Shown: piece by piece, positions 1 through 14,489 of the stretch
Layout of the letters: every line of letters begins with the position of its first letter
Numbering within the stretch: position 1 is the first letter of the stretch
Source: Stylophora pistillata
Lineage: Eukaryota
Assembly: GCF_002571385.2 (NCBI RefSeq)
Contig: NW_019217855.1
Coordinates: 507,927-571,926, forward strand
Direction: 5' to 3'
Length of the DNA: 64,000 nucleotides
Translations under genes and position numbers: made by a program
Notes under the pieces: generated by a model
Databases searched by the model: none
Seen by the model: only the letters and a program-made list of their open reading frames with translations
Told to the model about the DNA's origin: nothing

Positions 1-2230
1 CCTGAGACCGAAATGTTTCGTTCTATACGACACCATACCACTAGTGGCGGGAGTTTTACTGTCGCCCACACACTGGCATATATGACGTCATTCATGACGA
101 CAAGAAACCGTTCTACAACGTCTCAACAAGATTTCGTCTGTAAACCAAATAACTGAAAAATATTAGGAAGTTAACAAAACCGCTGAAGCTCTTTTCCACG
201 AAAATGCGTTTGAAAAAAAATCGTGCACAATAATTTACGCTCGTTTGAAGTACGATCGTTATCAAATTCCACCAAATGAAGTGAAGCGTTACATTAGACC
301 GCTAAGGCATTTAACTAACGGCATGTTCTGCCAATCTCAATAAAAGACAAGGATTGGGAGACCTATTTTTTTCTTGTCTTGTGAACATTCTGGTGAACAA
401 AACGTGGCAGATAAAACGCGAAAATAAAACTTTTCGCAGAATCACATTAAATGCAGAAAAGTGTGCATTGTGTAATATTTCAGGGGATTTAAATTTTTGC
501 CTAACTAATGCAGGCTTGAGCGAGCTGTCTTCACAAATACTTAAGATCCGATTAAGCAGCAGCGCGCGTGCAAAAGTGAAATGTTAATGCTTAATACATT
601 TGACAGAAGTCATACTTTCGATCAAGATCCCAACGCATTAGAACACAGATTTGTAGAGGGTACGACAATATTGTCCTATCTGGCGTGACAAGATGTCAAT
701 TTACATGAGAGGCATCGCACGTACGCCACAGAAACAGAGTCCTATCCTAATTTGAACTATAGTCTTGCCCTATAAAGAAATCCTATGGTGCAATATTATT
801 TCAGAATAAGAAATCACTTTAGCAAAGAGACATAACATCTTTCTAACTGCGGTAACACATCCACTGGAACGAAGGTGTACATTTGTGAGAAGGCTTTTCG
901 CCCCGTTCTTTCTGACGTCAGAGCCTATTGTGTCGAATAGAACCACCGGATGTCATAACAACCATTGGCCTGTCATTCAAATCATATTTTAATCACAAAT
1001 GAATGAACTGTTTTTAAAAGAGGATATCAAATGGGCTTAATTACAACGTGCTTGCACTGGGCAAGACATCACACGGTTTAACTCCACGAGAAAGTGAATT
1101 GCGGCGCCCGGCGTTTGGAAACTACGAAAACCAGGCTTTCAACGGTAACCACTCCAGCAGAAATATTCACATTCACAAAGCTAGAAAGCTCCAAAACGCA
1201 AGTATTTAAGAACTCAGACCTCACAAGGCGAAGAACACTCCAAGTCTCATCGTTAAAGAACGATAGCAATCCACACGGTAAGTGTCATGCGCACAACAAT
1301 CTCGAGATGTGGTACAAAGGAAAATTGGATTAGGATAAAAAGTGATTTGCGTGCTTTCTTTGTGGAGTTTTATCACAGAGGAGAAAAAAATTTATCGCTG
1401 TGCTGTTTTAGACGTCTTTAGAAAAAAACAAAAAATCTTTAGCTGGTGCCCGTGAGACAAGAATGAGTGGGCCGCGATTGACGTTTTTTTAAACATGTAT
1501 GGTTATTAACAAGGTAACTAAGACAAACTGGGACATTGTTTTGTTTTTCTTCAAAAAAAAAAGAGCGAGCGTGCTACCACTTGGTGTTGATCAAGAAAAT
1601 GCTCATGGAAATTACCATTTGTGGAAGTGAAATTTTTTTTCGTATTGTGCTGGAGATCGTTGGTGTCTTAATTAGGTCGCCAGAACTCTGGAGGGTGTCT
1701 TCTTTGTGTTCATCACGCGTGACCAGAACTAATCGTGCGCGGGCACTCCGCGCGAGCACCGCGCGCCTTTATAATTAGCATTTGTTAGCCTCGTGAATGA
1801 ATTTGCAATTAAAAACTGGTACAGTGGTAACTGTTGTCACACGTTACCAGCCAATTCACATTATTGTTTAGACGCGTTGCTATCTTTTCATTGTAAGAAA
1901 TACGGATTTTCCAGAGTAAGCAAATTGTGTACATATTCCCTAACGGTTCACTTTATCATAAGAATTACTTTTAAGGTATTACCGGCCGGATACGGCTCTT
2001 TCATTAATATAACACTCCTAGCTCCAGTACAACGTCCGCAGTATGGCTTTATTTACATGGCTTCTTGGCCTAAATAACCTTAGATAACCTGTAGCAGGAT
2101 GGGCCTATAAAAGTTCCTAGTTTTCTTAGAAAGGCTTTCGCCAGAAACGCTTCCGGTAGAAGTCACGTCTCACAACTTTCGTTTTTCCTGGAGACTGAAG
2201 CGAATGTTGTTAAAGCCGGCAAAGAAACTA

Positions 2231-2280
2231 TATAAATAGTCTCAGCATGTTCTAATATTCAGTTTTAATATTCAGTTTTA
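2231..2280 (+). promoter_or_regulatory. Core promoter of ETS gene: TATA box plus Inr-like TCAGT (tandemly duplicated)
   Basis: TATAAATA at 2231-2238. TCAGTT has its A at 2261, 30 nt downstream, inside a 13-bp tandem duplication (taatattcagttt x2). A GTGAGT donor at 2336 and an acceptor at 2467 define a likely 5'UTR exon and intron. Confidence 0.6.
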
Positions 2281-2470
2281 AAAACTGCCACCTACTTATT
2301 TCTACTATCTAATAAACCTAATATACAGGCTTTGGGTGAGTCACACGAAATCGGCGCACCAGTAACGCAATGAACGACTAGAGCACCCAGTTCCGCTAGT
2401 TTACGGAATGAGCAGATCTGAACAGTTTTGAGTCTAACATAAACTTTTCGCTTTCTTTTTATTGTAGAAA

Positions 2471-5460
2471 ATGGTACAAGGTAATAACGCTCCTTCCAGT
2501 CCGGTAGACGTGGCTTTTGAGGAACTCTTTGAAGGTAAGATAAAATAATTCGCCAAACTGAGCAGCTGTTTGCCGGTGCATAAAATTATGCGAGCTTACC
2601 AGCATGAATTATCATACTCAGGTATATTTTTGTGCTACGTGGGCTAGAATAATTCGAAGACCTGTCACGCGACATGAGCCGATCGCTTTTGTCACTAGAT
2701 TATGATTATTTCAATTGTGCGGTCATGCTAACGAATGGAACAACTCATCAAGTAAAACTTCACGATGATGATTTTACAACCTTTAGGAAGCAATCTTTCT
2801 GTTACGGTCCTATCGAAAAATGTGCTGAAACATAACTCTAACGCCGTTTGTATTGGCTTGAGTAAATTTATAAATAGATCTAAGTCATCCTGTTTACGTC
2901 AATGGTCACACACCTCGCTTTGTGATTGGTTAAACCTGGAACGCACGTGAGGAGGAGTGCGTCATGAAGAAGGCGAATAACGTAATTTGTAGTACTTAGA
3001 AACCCTAAAAGGATGTGGAAAAAGCCGATCATTACACTCGATCGGTCATTCTTAACGCATCCAGCGAGCGGTGAGATTCTTAACCTCACGCAATTTTGAA
3101 AAACAACAACATCTTTGCGGTTCAGCCCACGGGTAGGTGTCACGAGTAGGCATGCAATTTAATCAGGTGTAGTAATTGACAAGGCGAATTTCGTTTATGG
3201 CATTATTTTCGCGAGAGCTGCTATTTCATGGATTTTTTTGTTGAAGAACACCGACTGTGTAGCTTGATCCTCGTGGTTTATACACAGTACGTCAGACTTA
3301 ATCAAGCTTCCACGCCTACACATGGAACCAGCCATTCACAGGCCTCGCTTGATATTGAAGATTGACAGTTGAACAAGTACAAGTGTTTCTCTAACGATTC
3401 TCTCTTTTCATTCTTTCTACAGTCATTCCAGAGTTAAAGATGTTCACCCCAGCGCAAGTCGTACCAGGTATTTTGTTTCTTCTCGGTTGTTTGATAACGT
3501 TTTCAAAGCATAGTTCAGCCTACTTCTTGGTTTGCACTAATCATTTAGTTTTAACCATTCCACACGCGTGGGAGGTCATACAAAGATAGCTAGTCCTGTG
3601 TTGTTAACGGCGCGCGAAAATTTCACAAGTCCCCGTTTTTTGTTTTAATTCTTAATTTTCTCGGGGTTACCATTGAATTAAAAACAATTCAAAGCTCCGA
3701 TTCTAGCCCAAGCTAACAATGAAATAATATCTGAAATACAGAAATATCGACGTGCTTTGAATATTAAACCACTTGGCCAAAACAGCGGAAGTTCAACGCG
3801 GCTGATCGAGTCGAGCGAACCGTGTTAGCCACGCAAACGTCGACGGTAAACTCACCAACGGAATAAATTCTAAAATAATTATCAAGGACCAGACAATATT
3901 TCAGGCAATGCTATATAATTCTTCTGAAAATAAGATGACGAGGGAAAGACCAGTAAGAAAGAGTTCTACACGTAATGTACTTAGATCGTTGCTATGTCGT
4001 TCCGAAAGAAAAAGCCACGTTAGCAAATTGATTCGGGAAATTGCGGTCTGTAAATTCAACGTTAGATATTTTTTATCCCGTTTCCTCAGAAAAGTTATGG
4101 TTAGCCTACGAGACGATCGCGCTTATAACAGTTATTTCTAGAGTTTTTCCTTAAAGATATCCTTTCACTTTCCATCCACTGAGATTAAGTTCTCTCTTTT
4201 TTATTTCAGGCGCTGATAACGCCGAGCAAGATGGGCTTATGACTGGGTCTCTGGGCCTTGAAGAAGGTAATAATTTACATATTGCCATAGAAAGTCAAAC
4301 ACCTGTAACTAAAAAATGTGGAAAAAGACAAATTTTGACCTCGATAATAATTACTTGCGTCTCCGAAACCAAGCAACATGAATAAATCGAGGCAAAGTGC
4401 CAAGAACATAGAAAAAGACAAATTAATGATAAGTGTTCAGACAACAAAGAGAACCAGTTGAGTTTTATGTTGGTTTATGTCTCTAACTCTAGCCTTGTTC
4501 GTTATTCTTCCAGCTCGGATGTACAAGAGTGAGCCAGATCTGCGAATCAAGAGCGAGCCATCAGCCTTTAGCGAGGTAACTAACTACTGGCTCCAATGCA
4601 GCATGTCGCTGGGCGACACGCAGTACCAGACAAACACGCGTGATCCTTTCCTATGCGCACGTGATACCTTCGCCAGCTTTCAAGAGCAGATGGAAAATTT
4701 GGAATGGCGGCCGCCGGTACTTCAAGCTATGGCTCTGTGCAAACCAGAACCTGCGTCTGAAGTAGACGAGATGTTGCTAAGTCAGACACAGAACGTTTGC
4801 CAGCTTGGAGCACGAAAAGAAACATCTGAAAGCCAATGCAAGGTATTCATGCCTTCGTACTGGGACCAACAGCTTGTGAATGACTGCGAGCCATGGTACG
4901 AGAATCCTCGCGGGAAAGCTTTCGTCAGTGGACTTAGGAACGGCATATTTATGAACGAAAACGCAAAGAGCTTTTGCAAAGAAGATGATCCCACGAAAGA
5001 AGAAACTGACATGGCGCACATGCTGGACCGAGACTCCGACAGTCCCGCGAGTTTCACGAGTGTGGACAGTCCTCCAGAGTTCCCGTGGAACCCACGAACC
5101 ATCCCCAGTTCCAGAACGAGTGATGTAGGGGCATTTAGTTCAACAGAGCAGAAGTTCGTGATGCACAAAAATCACAAAACAACCTTCAAGTCCGGTCGCC
5201 CTCGCCTGTGTCAGTTCTTGCTCGAGCTCCTCAACAACCCAGACAAATATGGCTACATGATCGACTGGATAGACAAAGAGAAAGGTGTGTTCAAGTTCAT
5301 CAACTCCAGCGAGGTAGCGCGCCTGTGGGGACGTCGCCGAAATAAGCCCTCCATGAAGTACGAGAACTTTGCTCGCTCTTTGCGCACCTATATTGCTAAA
5401 GGAATACTTGCAAAGCCTCGCAGCAAACTGGTCTACCAGTTCGCCAGAGTGAAGAGTTGA
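2471..5460 (+). CDS. ETS-domain transcription factor (divergent SPDEF/ELF-like, no PNT domain seen), 370 aa, 4 coding exons
   Basis: Exons 2471-2534, 3423-3467, 4210-4266 and 4514-5460 are joined by GT-AG phase-1 introns into one open frame (MVQGNNAPSSPVDVAFEELFE...). C-terminal ETS domain: RLCQFLLELL...WIDKEKGVFKF...VARLWG...NKPSMKY...ARSLRTY...KLVYQF. AATAAA at 6467. Confidence 0.93.
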
Positions 5461-7699
5461 AGCTCTTTGAAAAAAACAACAATCACATTACCACCATGCC
5501 CGACACCAACATCCAATTGAGAAAGAACACTAGAATTGCCTTAAAAGTTAAGACCAGAAGGAAAAAAATCCTAAATGTTGCTTAAGGCGCTGCAGTGTTC
5601 GGAATGAGTTCGCCACGAGGCGACAAAAGAAAGACGCCGAAGAACGAGACATTAAGTTATAAGGACTCGACCTTTTGGTCGCAATAGACTGAGTTTATAC
5701 CACGAAGAAAAAAATATCAAATTAGATATTAAATACGATATCCAATCGAATAAGGCGCAGTTGAACCTTCTGAACAACGTAGAATTTGAAGCAAGAATGA
5801 ACTAAAAAGACATTTTTTTATTATAACAAAGTTAAATTCCAAGTGAAAGTATAATTAGACTTTCCCTTTCCTCTGTCCTTTTACTTTACTACCAAAGCGT
5901 TTCATTCCGAAGCCAAAAGGAGTTCTTTTATCATATCGAGTTTTAAATGACCTTGCAAAAAAGTTAGATGATGCGATTCTTCATTCCCTCCCCACGAAAA
6001 AAATAACTTTTCTTTCTTAGTCATGATCACCCCCGAGTCTTAAAACACATGAGAAAAAAGAGAGTATGCCCTGAAGCATTTCTTCTCCATACAGTGCTTG
6101 CCTAATAGAGACATGTCAAGCGAATGGTATTTACTATGTAAAGATAAAGACCACATAACTTTTATCGTGATTCTGACTGTGTCAGACGTCGCTGGGTGAT
6201 TGAATTTTTAAAAGCATGATTTCCAAAAAAAAAAAAGCAGAATATTTCTTATTGTTCGTAAATCTTTTTGTACCATAGTAATTTCTTGAAGGGTGTGTGA
6301 TTTTCAAGATGCAAAAAGTTTAAATCATAATTATAACCAAGGACCGAACAATTTGCGCCAAAATATATTGACAAGCATAGTTTATATAAGGTTTTATAGA
6401 GTAATATTCGTATTTCATAAAATTTAAGGTTAAACTTTATTTGTAGAAAACATGGAAATTATGCCCAATAAAAAAAGTGGTGAAGAAAATTCTGTAATGT
6501 GCATATGTGTTTTAGCCTTGTCGCTACGCGAATAGCAACTTATAAATAATATTTTTATAGCTAGCCGCTTATCGAGAGGAAGAAATAATACAGTGTAGCA
6601 TCCTTTTACATGAACCTCTTCGAATTCTTCACCCCAAATGCCAATAAACTAGAGCAAATCCAAAAAAGATTTCTTGAAACAAAATCTGTTCGGAAAAGAA
6701 CATATTATCAACGTCCAACAGCCCAAATGTATAGTTCTATATATGTACTGAACCATTCTCTACCCTAGGAACAAGCTCAGGGCGGTTATTTCTCTCAGTT
6801 CAGTGGTAGAGAAACTCTGAGAAGCTTCAAGAGTTCTAAGAAAGATAGCGGTGAATTCTTAGAAGTGCAGCTGATAATTTTACTTATGTTCACTGGACTT
6901 GCTTCTGAAGTGACACATTTCTTCGTACCTATAATGAACTTCTGATAAGCTGATCAAGGGTATACCGTTACAAAGAAAACTTTCAGTTTCTGAACGAAAA
7001 ATTTAAATAGAGTATTTACGAGTCGTTTATGCCATCAAAATGTGTCGACGACAGACAAGCGAGCCCCATGACTCAAAGATGTCAACAATAGAAATCAATC
7101 CACGCAGACCTTAAGGGTGCTACAGTGTACTGTTCGCTAACTTTTCGCGCCTTACAAAGGAATCCTTGGGAATAAAGGAAAGCGTAAGGGATAATAATAA
7201 TCCTAAAAACAGAACGAGGATAATTAAAGATGGAGAAGATAAATACCGATTGCAAACGACAGACTTAAAAATTTCCTTTTGACTTTAAAAGATACACCAG
7301 CCGTTATTTGGCCGCTTTGAGTTCAAGAACTTCCCTTCAAGTAAATCAACCTTCTCGTCTTCAGCTGTACTTGCCGCCAACTCCATAAACATAAAAAACC
7401 CACTGAAACAGCCTTTAGTGTTGTGTTTCTGTTTCCAAATGCGTGGGAACCCAAAACATTGCGGTTAACAGTTCTTCCGAAAAAAGCGTCGATTACTGCC
7501 CAGATGCTAGTTCGTTTCATCGAAACTGTAGATTACCTACAGGGCGCAACAACTTTTCCATAGATTCGACGGTTATAGTCCAAAATGAGCCTATTCATAG
7601 TTATAATGAAACATTTCCAATATTCTACAACTACAAAGGAAAAACTTCTCGCAACTCGTCTCTCGTGTCGCGTCCGCACACGCGATAAAAGCGTGCTTT

Positions 7700-7945
7700 A
7701 CGTGGACGACACGCAACACCGGAAGACTTAAGCTAACCGGTGCCGCCCACTATATTCAGGTGCAGTTCATTTTCGATTGCTTTAAAAAACAATAGGAGCC
7801 TCTTGAATTTAAGCATTTTCAATAATATCGCGGCGATGTAAGACCATTTCGTATTTCCTGTTTCCCTTGATAGTCCGGATGTGACGTCAATGGTGGATCC
7901 GGTGCTTTTTCTGTGTGCTCAGTGAACCAACAGAGGAAGTAAATG
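7700..7945. promoter_or_regulatory. Candidate enhancer: ETS-site cluster with overlapping ETS-CRE composite
   Basis: ACCGGAAG at 7718, reverse ACAGGAA at ~7855, CCGGATGTGACGTCA at 7875-7889, GAGGAAGT at ~7933. CGTGGGAA (CSL) at 7442 nearby. Confidence 0.4.
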
Positions 7946-10900
7946 CTTCGAACGCCTTTCAAATACAAGTTTAGTCCTGCGTATTTGAAAATATTGACCT
8001 GTCACAGCGTTTTCGATAGAAAATATCCAATTGACATTAAAAATATGGTCTGTCTAAACCCGCTGAAGATGTTTAGTTGACCTCGAAGGGGCCCATGGAC
8101 AACACAGACGTAAATAAGATACAAACATACAAAGGTTATTGCTCATGATACTACAATAAAACTACTTTAAATGTGGCACTTAGTGTTTGCCTTCATTTGG
8201 TTAATTATTAGAGTATTCCGTAAAAAATTCTGCTGTGTGTCACGATCAAAACATCGATAAAGTAAATATTTTAATATTCCGGACTACGACGCAAGAATCT
8301 GCGAGAATGCAAATTTGGAGTAAGAGAAAACGAAACTTTATAATAGAAGCCCACTAGCCAAGACACTATAAGCCCCAATTAGCATAAAAACCAAGACATC
8401 CCTCAGTATTTTGTTGTAAAAGAAATACGAAATTTTTATTAACAAGTACATAAAAAGGTCAATATAGTGTGCATTGTAAAAATTGTCTTTAGGTAACAAA
8501 TAGCAATACGGCCAAAAAACGTTAAACACTAAATATCGTATAAACAACTTGCGGTCAATTATTCAACTGTCGTCGAATGGGGAAGGTATTACAGACGTCG
8601 CTGCTCGACAACGAGAATAAGACAAACAAAAGAAAGAAGTTGCAGATGGAAGACTCAAGCGGAAGAGAACGCGCTAAAACCACAAAATTGAATTAATTGA
8701 TAATATCGCGTTACTCAGAGAATCGAGTCATCTCCTGCCGGTGTTGAACAAGGCTTCTAATGCCGAAGAAATTTACGCGCGCAACCTCTTTTACCAGCAT
8801 CCTTTATCTAGCAGGTGCTGATGGCCGACTTGATAAACAGAGCAGAATAGCTTTTTACGTTGACCTCGTCGGAAATGTGAATCATTAATTTACAAGTCCA
8901 AGCCTATGACACCCTGTCTCAGCCGTAGGTGTACCTCTCAAAATTAAAAGCGTCCGTTTCGCATCCCTTGGCTACATGACTATAATTCTCTTTTTAGCTC
9001 AGGTAATGAAACGCTAAATTTCATACAAAGGTCAGGCACCAACGACCTCGCAATAAACGAGAGCTAAAAACAGCTCAAGGAGTGGTCCCAAGACGGGAAT
9101 TATTTCATGGCTAAAGCATGTTGTTCCTGTTTACAAGCGTTGAATTATCCTAACATCGTCACTCAAAGACCTCGATTTTATCTGCGCAAAGCAGGTGTTG
9201 AAGTGACAAAGAGATTGTGCTGTTTGAAAAAATAATTTTTTTGACATAACTTTTCGATGCATGGCGCTAACTAAGCAACCGAAGTTTTACCGTTTCCTGT
9301 CATGGCGGTCTAGGATGATTTAAGTGTAACACAGGAAGAAAAAAGAGAAAAGCAAGAGGGTATACATAGACGGCGTTATTACGAGGTGATGTTGAAAATC
9401 ATTTTGGTTCCACTTCTAAGATAAATATCACTATTTTGGGGCACTTTGAAGTGAGCTTGTTTTACTAGCCACACGGGAAGAAGTCTACCACGTGGTTTTT
9501 TCAGCAGCATCAGTACAATACCCAAGATAAGCCTGCTATTTTCCTGAGTTTTGTGCAAATTATTACCTTTTAATTTCAATAAATAAAACGTCATTATGTG
9601 TCAGATTTGGTTTTCGTTCATTTACTGGTATCTGCTTCACCATAAAATTACAAAGGTGGAATAGTCTACAAGGCATAATAAATATGAGAGACATATCAAC
9701 ATGATGGCGCGCATATCACCGTCAGTCTTCGTAACACATCATGTACATTGTTTTAATTTGGCTAAAGTAAAATTTAACGCCTTATAAGGACACTGAATGT
9801 GTAATGTGCGAAGTACACTCTCAAAGATGAACTTTTCCCGGTTATGGACATGAGAACAATAATTTTTCAAGTGATTTTTACGGTGGAATATTTTTTTTCG
9901 CACGAATTTCCTCGCTTGTATAAGCCAGAGAGTGTGATAGGACTTAAATTATCTCGTTCGATTCCTTATCATCTTCTCCACGTCAAACATGCCGGAGAAG
10001 TTTAGCTACACTAATCCTCTAAAAATTCACAGAAAAAGCTACGCTAAAGATGACTCATTAAATTTTACTACGTTAAACAGACAGTTCATAGAAGATGCTC
10101 TTGACTTGGCTTTATAAAAATATTGGACAAGCTGCCAAATTATAATTCAGACAAATGAACCATTCGAAATGCAAATCATTTTAGCCATTTCATGACTTAA
10201 GCCATGGTTGCAACTGCAATGCGACTCAACCGAATAAAGTAAGAGTTGCATTTTTCTTGTCAGGGGTGGATACCGAAGGAAAATTATTAATTCTCCAGAC
10301 TTACATTCGAAAATAATCCTTTAATGGCATTACACATAGCATCACGGACTGCTATCATCAAGGTGAAATGACAATTCACCAGGAGATCACGTTTAGCTAT
10401 ATCGTTATGCTCGCAGGTGCTAAACTCGACCGAAATTGAATCCATTTCCTTTCAGGTGCAAATTATTTTGGACTGTCGAGCCAAAAAAATTAATGGGGTG
10501 AAGAACACCATCACGTATTCTGAAAACTAAGAAGTATCAGTCAATCTACACCACCGAGCTTGCAGATGCCAACCAAGCAGTTATTTAATGCTGACATATC
10601 CTAAGCCAAAAAAAAATAAATTCTAACTCAACGTGTACTAAAAAAAAATGCAAACTTATGTTAGAAACTCCGGTATATTAAGAAATTCTTACATTCTGAC
10701 TTCATATAACGACTCCGCGGGTCGGATTTGTCTGAGATCCTATTAGTTCTACGAGCCGCCGAAGTAAATTGGGCAATAAGTCAATTGAAACTGAGGGAGC
10801 AGTTCCAATTTAATGTCACGGCAACAGATGATCAATCTTCATAAGCGACTCTAGCCCATTTTACAGCTTATGTGTTCACTACACCGCTTCTTTCTGTTTC

Positions 10901-13900
10901 GATACAACACTGCATCGAATAATCTAGAGCATCAGTGTCTCATTGTGGTCAGGATCCTTGGTTAAATGTTATTAAAGGTATCGTGGGGAAAGAGCTATTA
11001 CATGTAAAACGTAACAGACGAAGCTTCTTCTGTGCGCATTTTTAGTATTTAGGGCCATAAATCGAAAAAGCGTTTCTTTAATCTATACCCTAGCCACTGC
11101 CCTTCGTAGTTTTCCGCAAAGATGTGCTTGAATAACTGCCAAACAAATTATCCATTCGACTATTTACAACTAAAGCTAACATACATCTTCTGAATGAAGT
11201 AACTAACTCAGTAACCACAATTAAGAATATCACAAAAATCACTGGAATTAGATTTTTAAACGACATCCAAAGGAAAATCGTTTGTCGATTTCCTATTAGA
11301 GACCTGAGAGCATAGTTAGTAGAGGGGACTTACTATTTTATCTCCCACATTGGTAAAACCATCGCTGAGTCAATATTCCGAAAAAGCTTTCTAAAATTAC
11401 CCTAACATAACTCAGTTGCCTCGCATACCATGTTGATAATAAAGCGCTAAAAAGGCAGCTAAACGAATCTTCAGTCACTTCATTATCAGAGATCGGAGCA
11501 GTGATATTGAACATCTAATTTTCCTTGTTGGTTGCAGTCAGCATTTTAGAATACCGAATAATTTCACCAAAACTCGTGTTACAAACATTCAGTGCCATCT
11601 TACTGACTTTTAATGGAATGCTTCGATAAGTGAGTCTCTGTTACTGCGAAGGATCGTTCTCATATACGTCTCTGTTACTTATTCGTAATTCAAGTGGACT
11701 CAGAACTTAGCCGTGTTGTCCCATGGCGACTAACAAACACCACACATTTGCTCCTATCCAATAACCCGGAATATTTTTCAGGTAAAAGGCTGTATCCTGT
11801 GAAGTGAATTTCCGTGGCAGACCAGTCATATCTTGTTTCCCAATTTTGTAATACAACAAAGACTCGATCCTCTATCACCGCTAGAATTTGTCACAAGCTA
11901 TTACATACATGTTTCAAAAAGCTATATCATTTAACTTCGTTTAAAACAGGAAACTCGAACATACCGTTTTACTTAGTTTAGTCGGTAAACTAATATGGAA
12001 AAAAGAAAACACAGAAAAGGTGATACTGATTAGAGTAAAAGACGGGGTTGCTTGATACCAAACATGCCTCCATCATGAACTCAGATCATCTTTTCTCATG
12101 TTCAGTCCTTTTATAGTATAGCCATTCCCTTCTGAAATCTGACAAACCGTTACCAATCATTTACACAAGATAAAAAATCATTTTCGGACGCTTAAAACAA
12201 TCATGGTCCACACTTTTGTTTTCCACATAGCCCCCGAGTTAAAATCACACAGCAGCACAAGCGGTTGCCTTCGATGTGTAAAAGTTGTGCTGATTCAATT
12301 TACTTGATTTGAATATGCAACTTGTCAAATTAACATTCTAAATGAAGTTTTAAAACTTTGTTTTATTTTATTTTGCACTCTCTTGCTGTACAGCAAATTA
12401 AATAAACAATAAAAACGGAGAAGAAGACATTTTTACGTTGCATGTCAGAATTTCAATATGTCCTCCCTTGCAATATAAGACCTGTCTGTACTATGAAAAA
12501 AGATGGTTTTCTCGCCAATGGAACTAAAACATTTATATCCTCAGTTTAAGAGCTTGTTCATATTCAACTTTGTTTAACTTATTCGAATTCACGAATATTA
12601 GAGCACGAGAACAGCTAAACTACAAAGTTTCAGTGCTGTCTATAGTATAACCACAAACATGTAGTTCGGAAGCATTCATGTATTTCTAGACCCCGGAATC
12701 GTACAGAGTTTCCTACTTCCTACTCTCAACTTTAATTCGGCTGGCATGCAATTTGCTAAGCCTTCCTCAGTCATGTCCAAAAAGTCAAGAGATGTGTAAT
12801 TCCGATCGGCAGTAAAAACCTTTTCCCGTTTCATTTTCGGTCCTCCGTGTTTTGCATGTTTAGAGTTCAATTCGACAAATCCTGTGTTTCTGCGGGATTT
12901 AAGTTGTTCAATATTTCTCTGAGCCATTTACTCCCAACATGTGGAATTTTAGCACAGTCATTTTACATAAGAGACGGACCTTGAAGTTAGCAACATTTTC
13001 CTTCGAACCTCGGCCAACTCCCTTTTGCATAATCCTCAATCGAGCATTCCCTCGTGTTTCTTATAGTTGAAGGTATCGAGCATTTTTTTAAACATGTATT
13101 GCCTTAAACGAGCATGAATAAACACCAACTCCGCAAAAAATAAACGAAGAAATTTCTACACAGCTTTCGCTTTGAAAAACACGAAGCTGAGAAAAATTTC
13201 AGTTCGTTCGAGACTCAGCCAACTCCCTTGTGTGATCCGTGATGCGGAGAGTGATGGACAAAGAGACGGGCAACTGAACGTATTTCTGTTTAGTAATTAC
13301 CAATCTGATAACTGACAATCGTAAAGGAACTTCTCTTCCGGCAATTTCACGTGATTTTGAGTGAGCTAATCCTACTGGTATTCATCAGTGTGTGTTTCAT
13401 CAGGCAGTCATTTCCTAGTTTCGTCGCCACAGTATGTAAGGTAGGTTATCTAAGAACCCAAATATTCACAAAAATACAAGCATCAAAGTTATGGTAGCAC
13501 ATAATTCTTTCTAGCAAATCTCTTTAACGGAGTTCAGCTATGGATCTTTTCAATTTCTCTCAATCTTGTTGGCTCCAACTCTGTAGTATATCGTATGCAT
13601 ATGGAGTCTAAATTCTCATACATTTTTGGTTTTGACTTGAGTATTAACAAATAGCGTCGCAATTTGCTCACCAGAATACATGTTAAATACCAAGAAAAAC
13701 ATTCGTTTGTATATTTTCATGATGTCAAAAATAAAATGCAATTTTTCTTTTAAAACATTTTAGATCTGACTTGAAATTTCTTGTCCAAATCCTGTTTTCA
13801 TATAGCCCAAATATAGCAGTTGGTCTGAGTTCCCTTTCCTTTTGATTTCTAGCAATTTGTAATTTTGACTGTTATGAACAACTGTGTTAAAAATTACGCG

Positions 13901-14489
13901 TTGGTGCATGGTGCACCAATCTCTCATGTATAGAGCACAGATGGATAACAGACACGAAGTAAGGAAATTATAAAAAGTTCATTGGAACGATCATCATGTT
14001 GAAAGACAGAGTATTGCAGTAGTTTGTGTAAATTCACTCATAGCATTGAGCAATTCATCTTGGAGTAAGAGATCTACCTGAAGCCACTTTGAATTCCATG
14101 CCTCTGTTTTCGTTTAATCCTTCGATTGAACCAAGGGAAAACATGAAAATATCTCGTCTTCACAATAAAAGCAATTATAAAATAATTCCAAAAACGGACC
14201 AAAGAAAGAGAGAAAATTTTCCATTATTTTCCTTTTCTGTCAGCGTAAGAATACTTTTACATGTTAGTAATACTTAATGAAATTTTAACACGAGCTCGTA
14301 GACATCGCTTGATTTACCCTAACTCGGTGTTCAGGGTTACTAAACTGTTTTCTTTTTTTTTCTTGAACCCCTTTGGCATATATTGTTCGTAGAAAAGAAT
14401 TTAAATCGATAACCATGCAACAAAGACTTTCCTTTGAAACATGAAAGAGAAAAACCTCACATGAGGCTGAGTATAGTATGAAAATTCTT

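Noticed and set aside
4777-5168. Minus-strand ORFs of 80 and 128 aa
   Set aside because: Antisense shadows of the ETS coding exon with no recognisable motifs.
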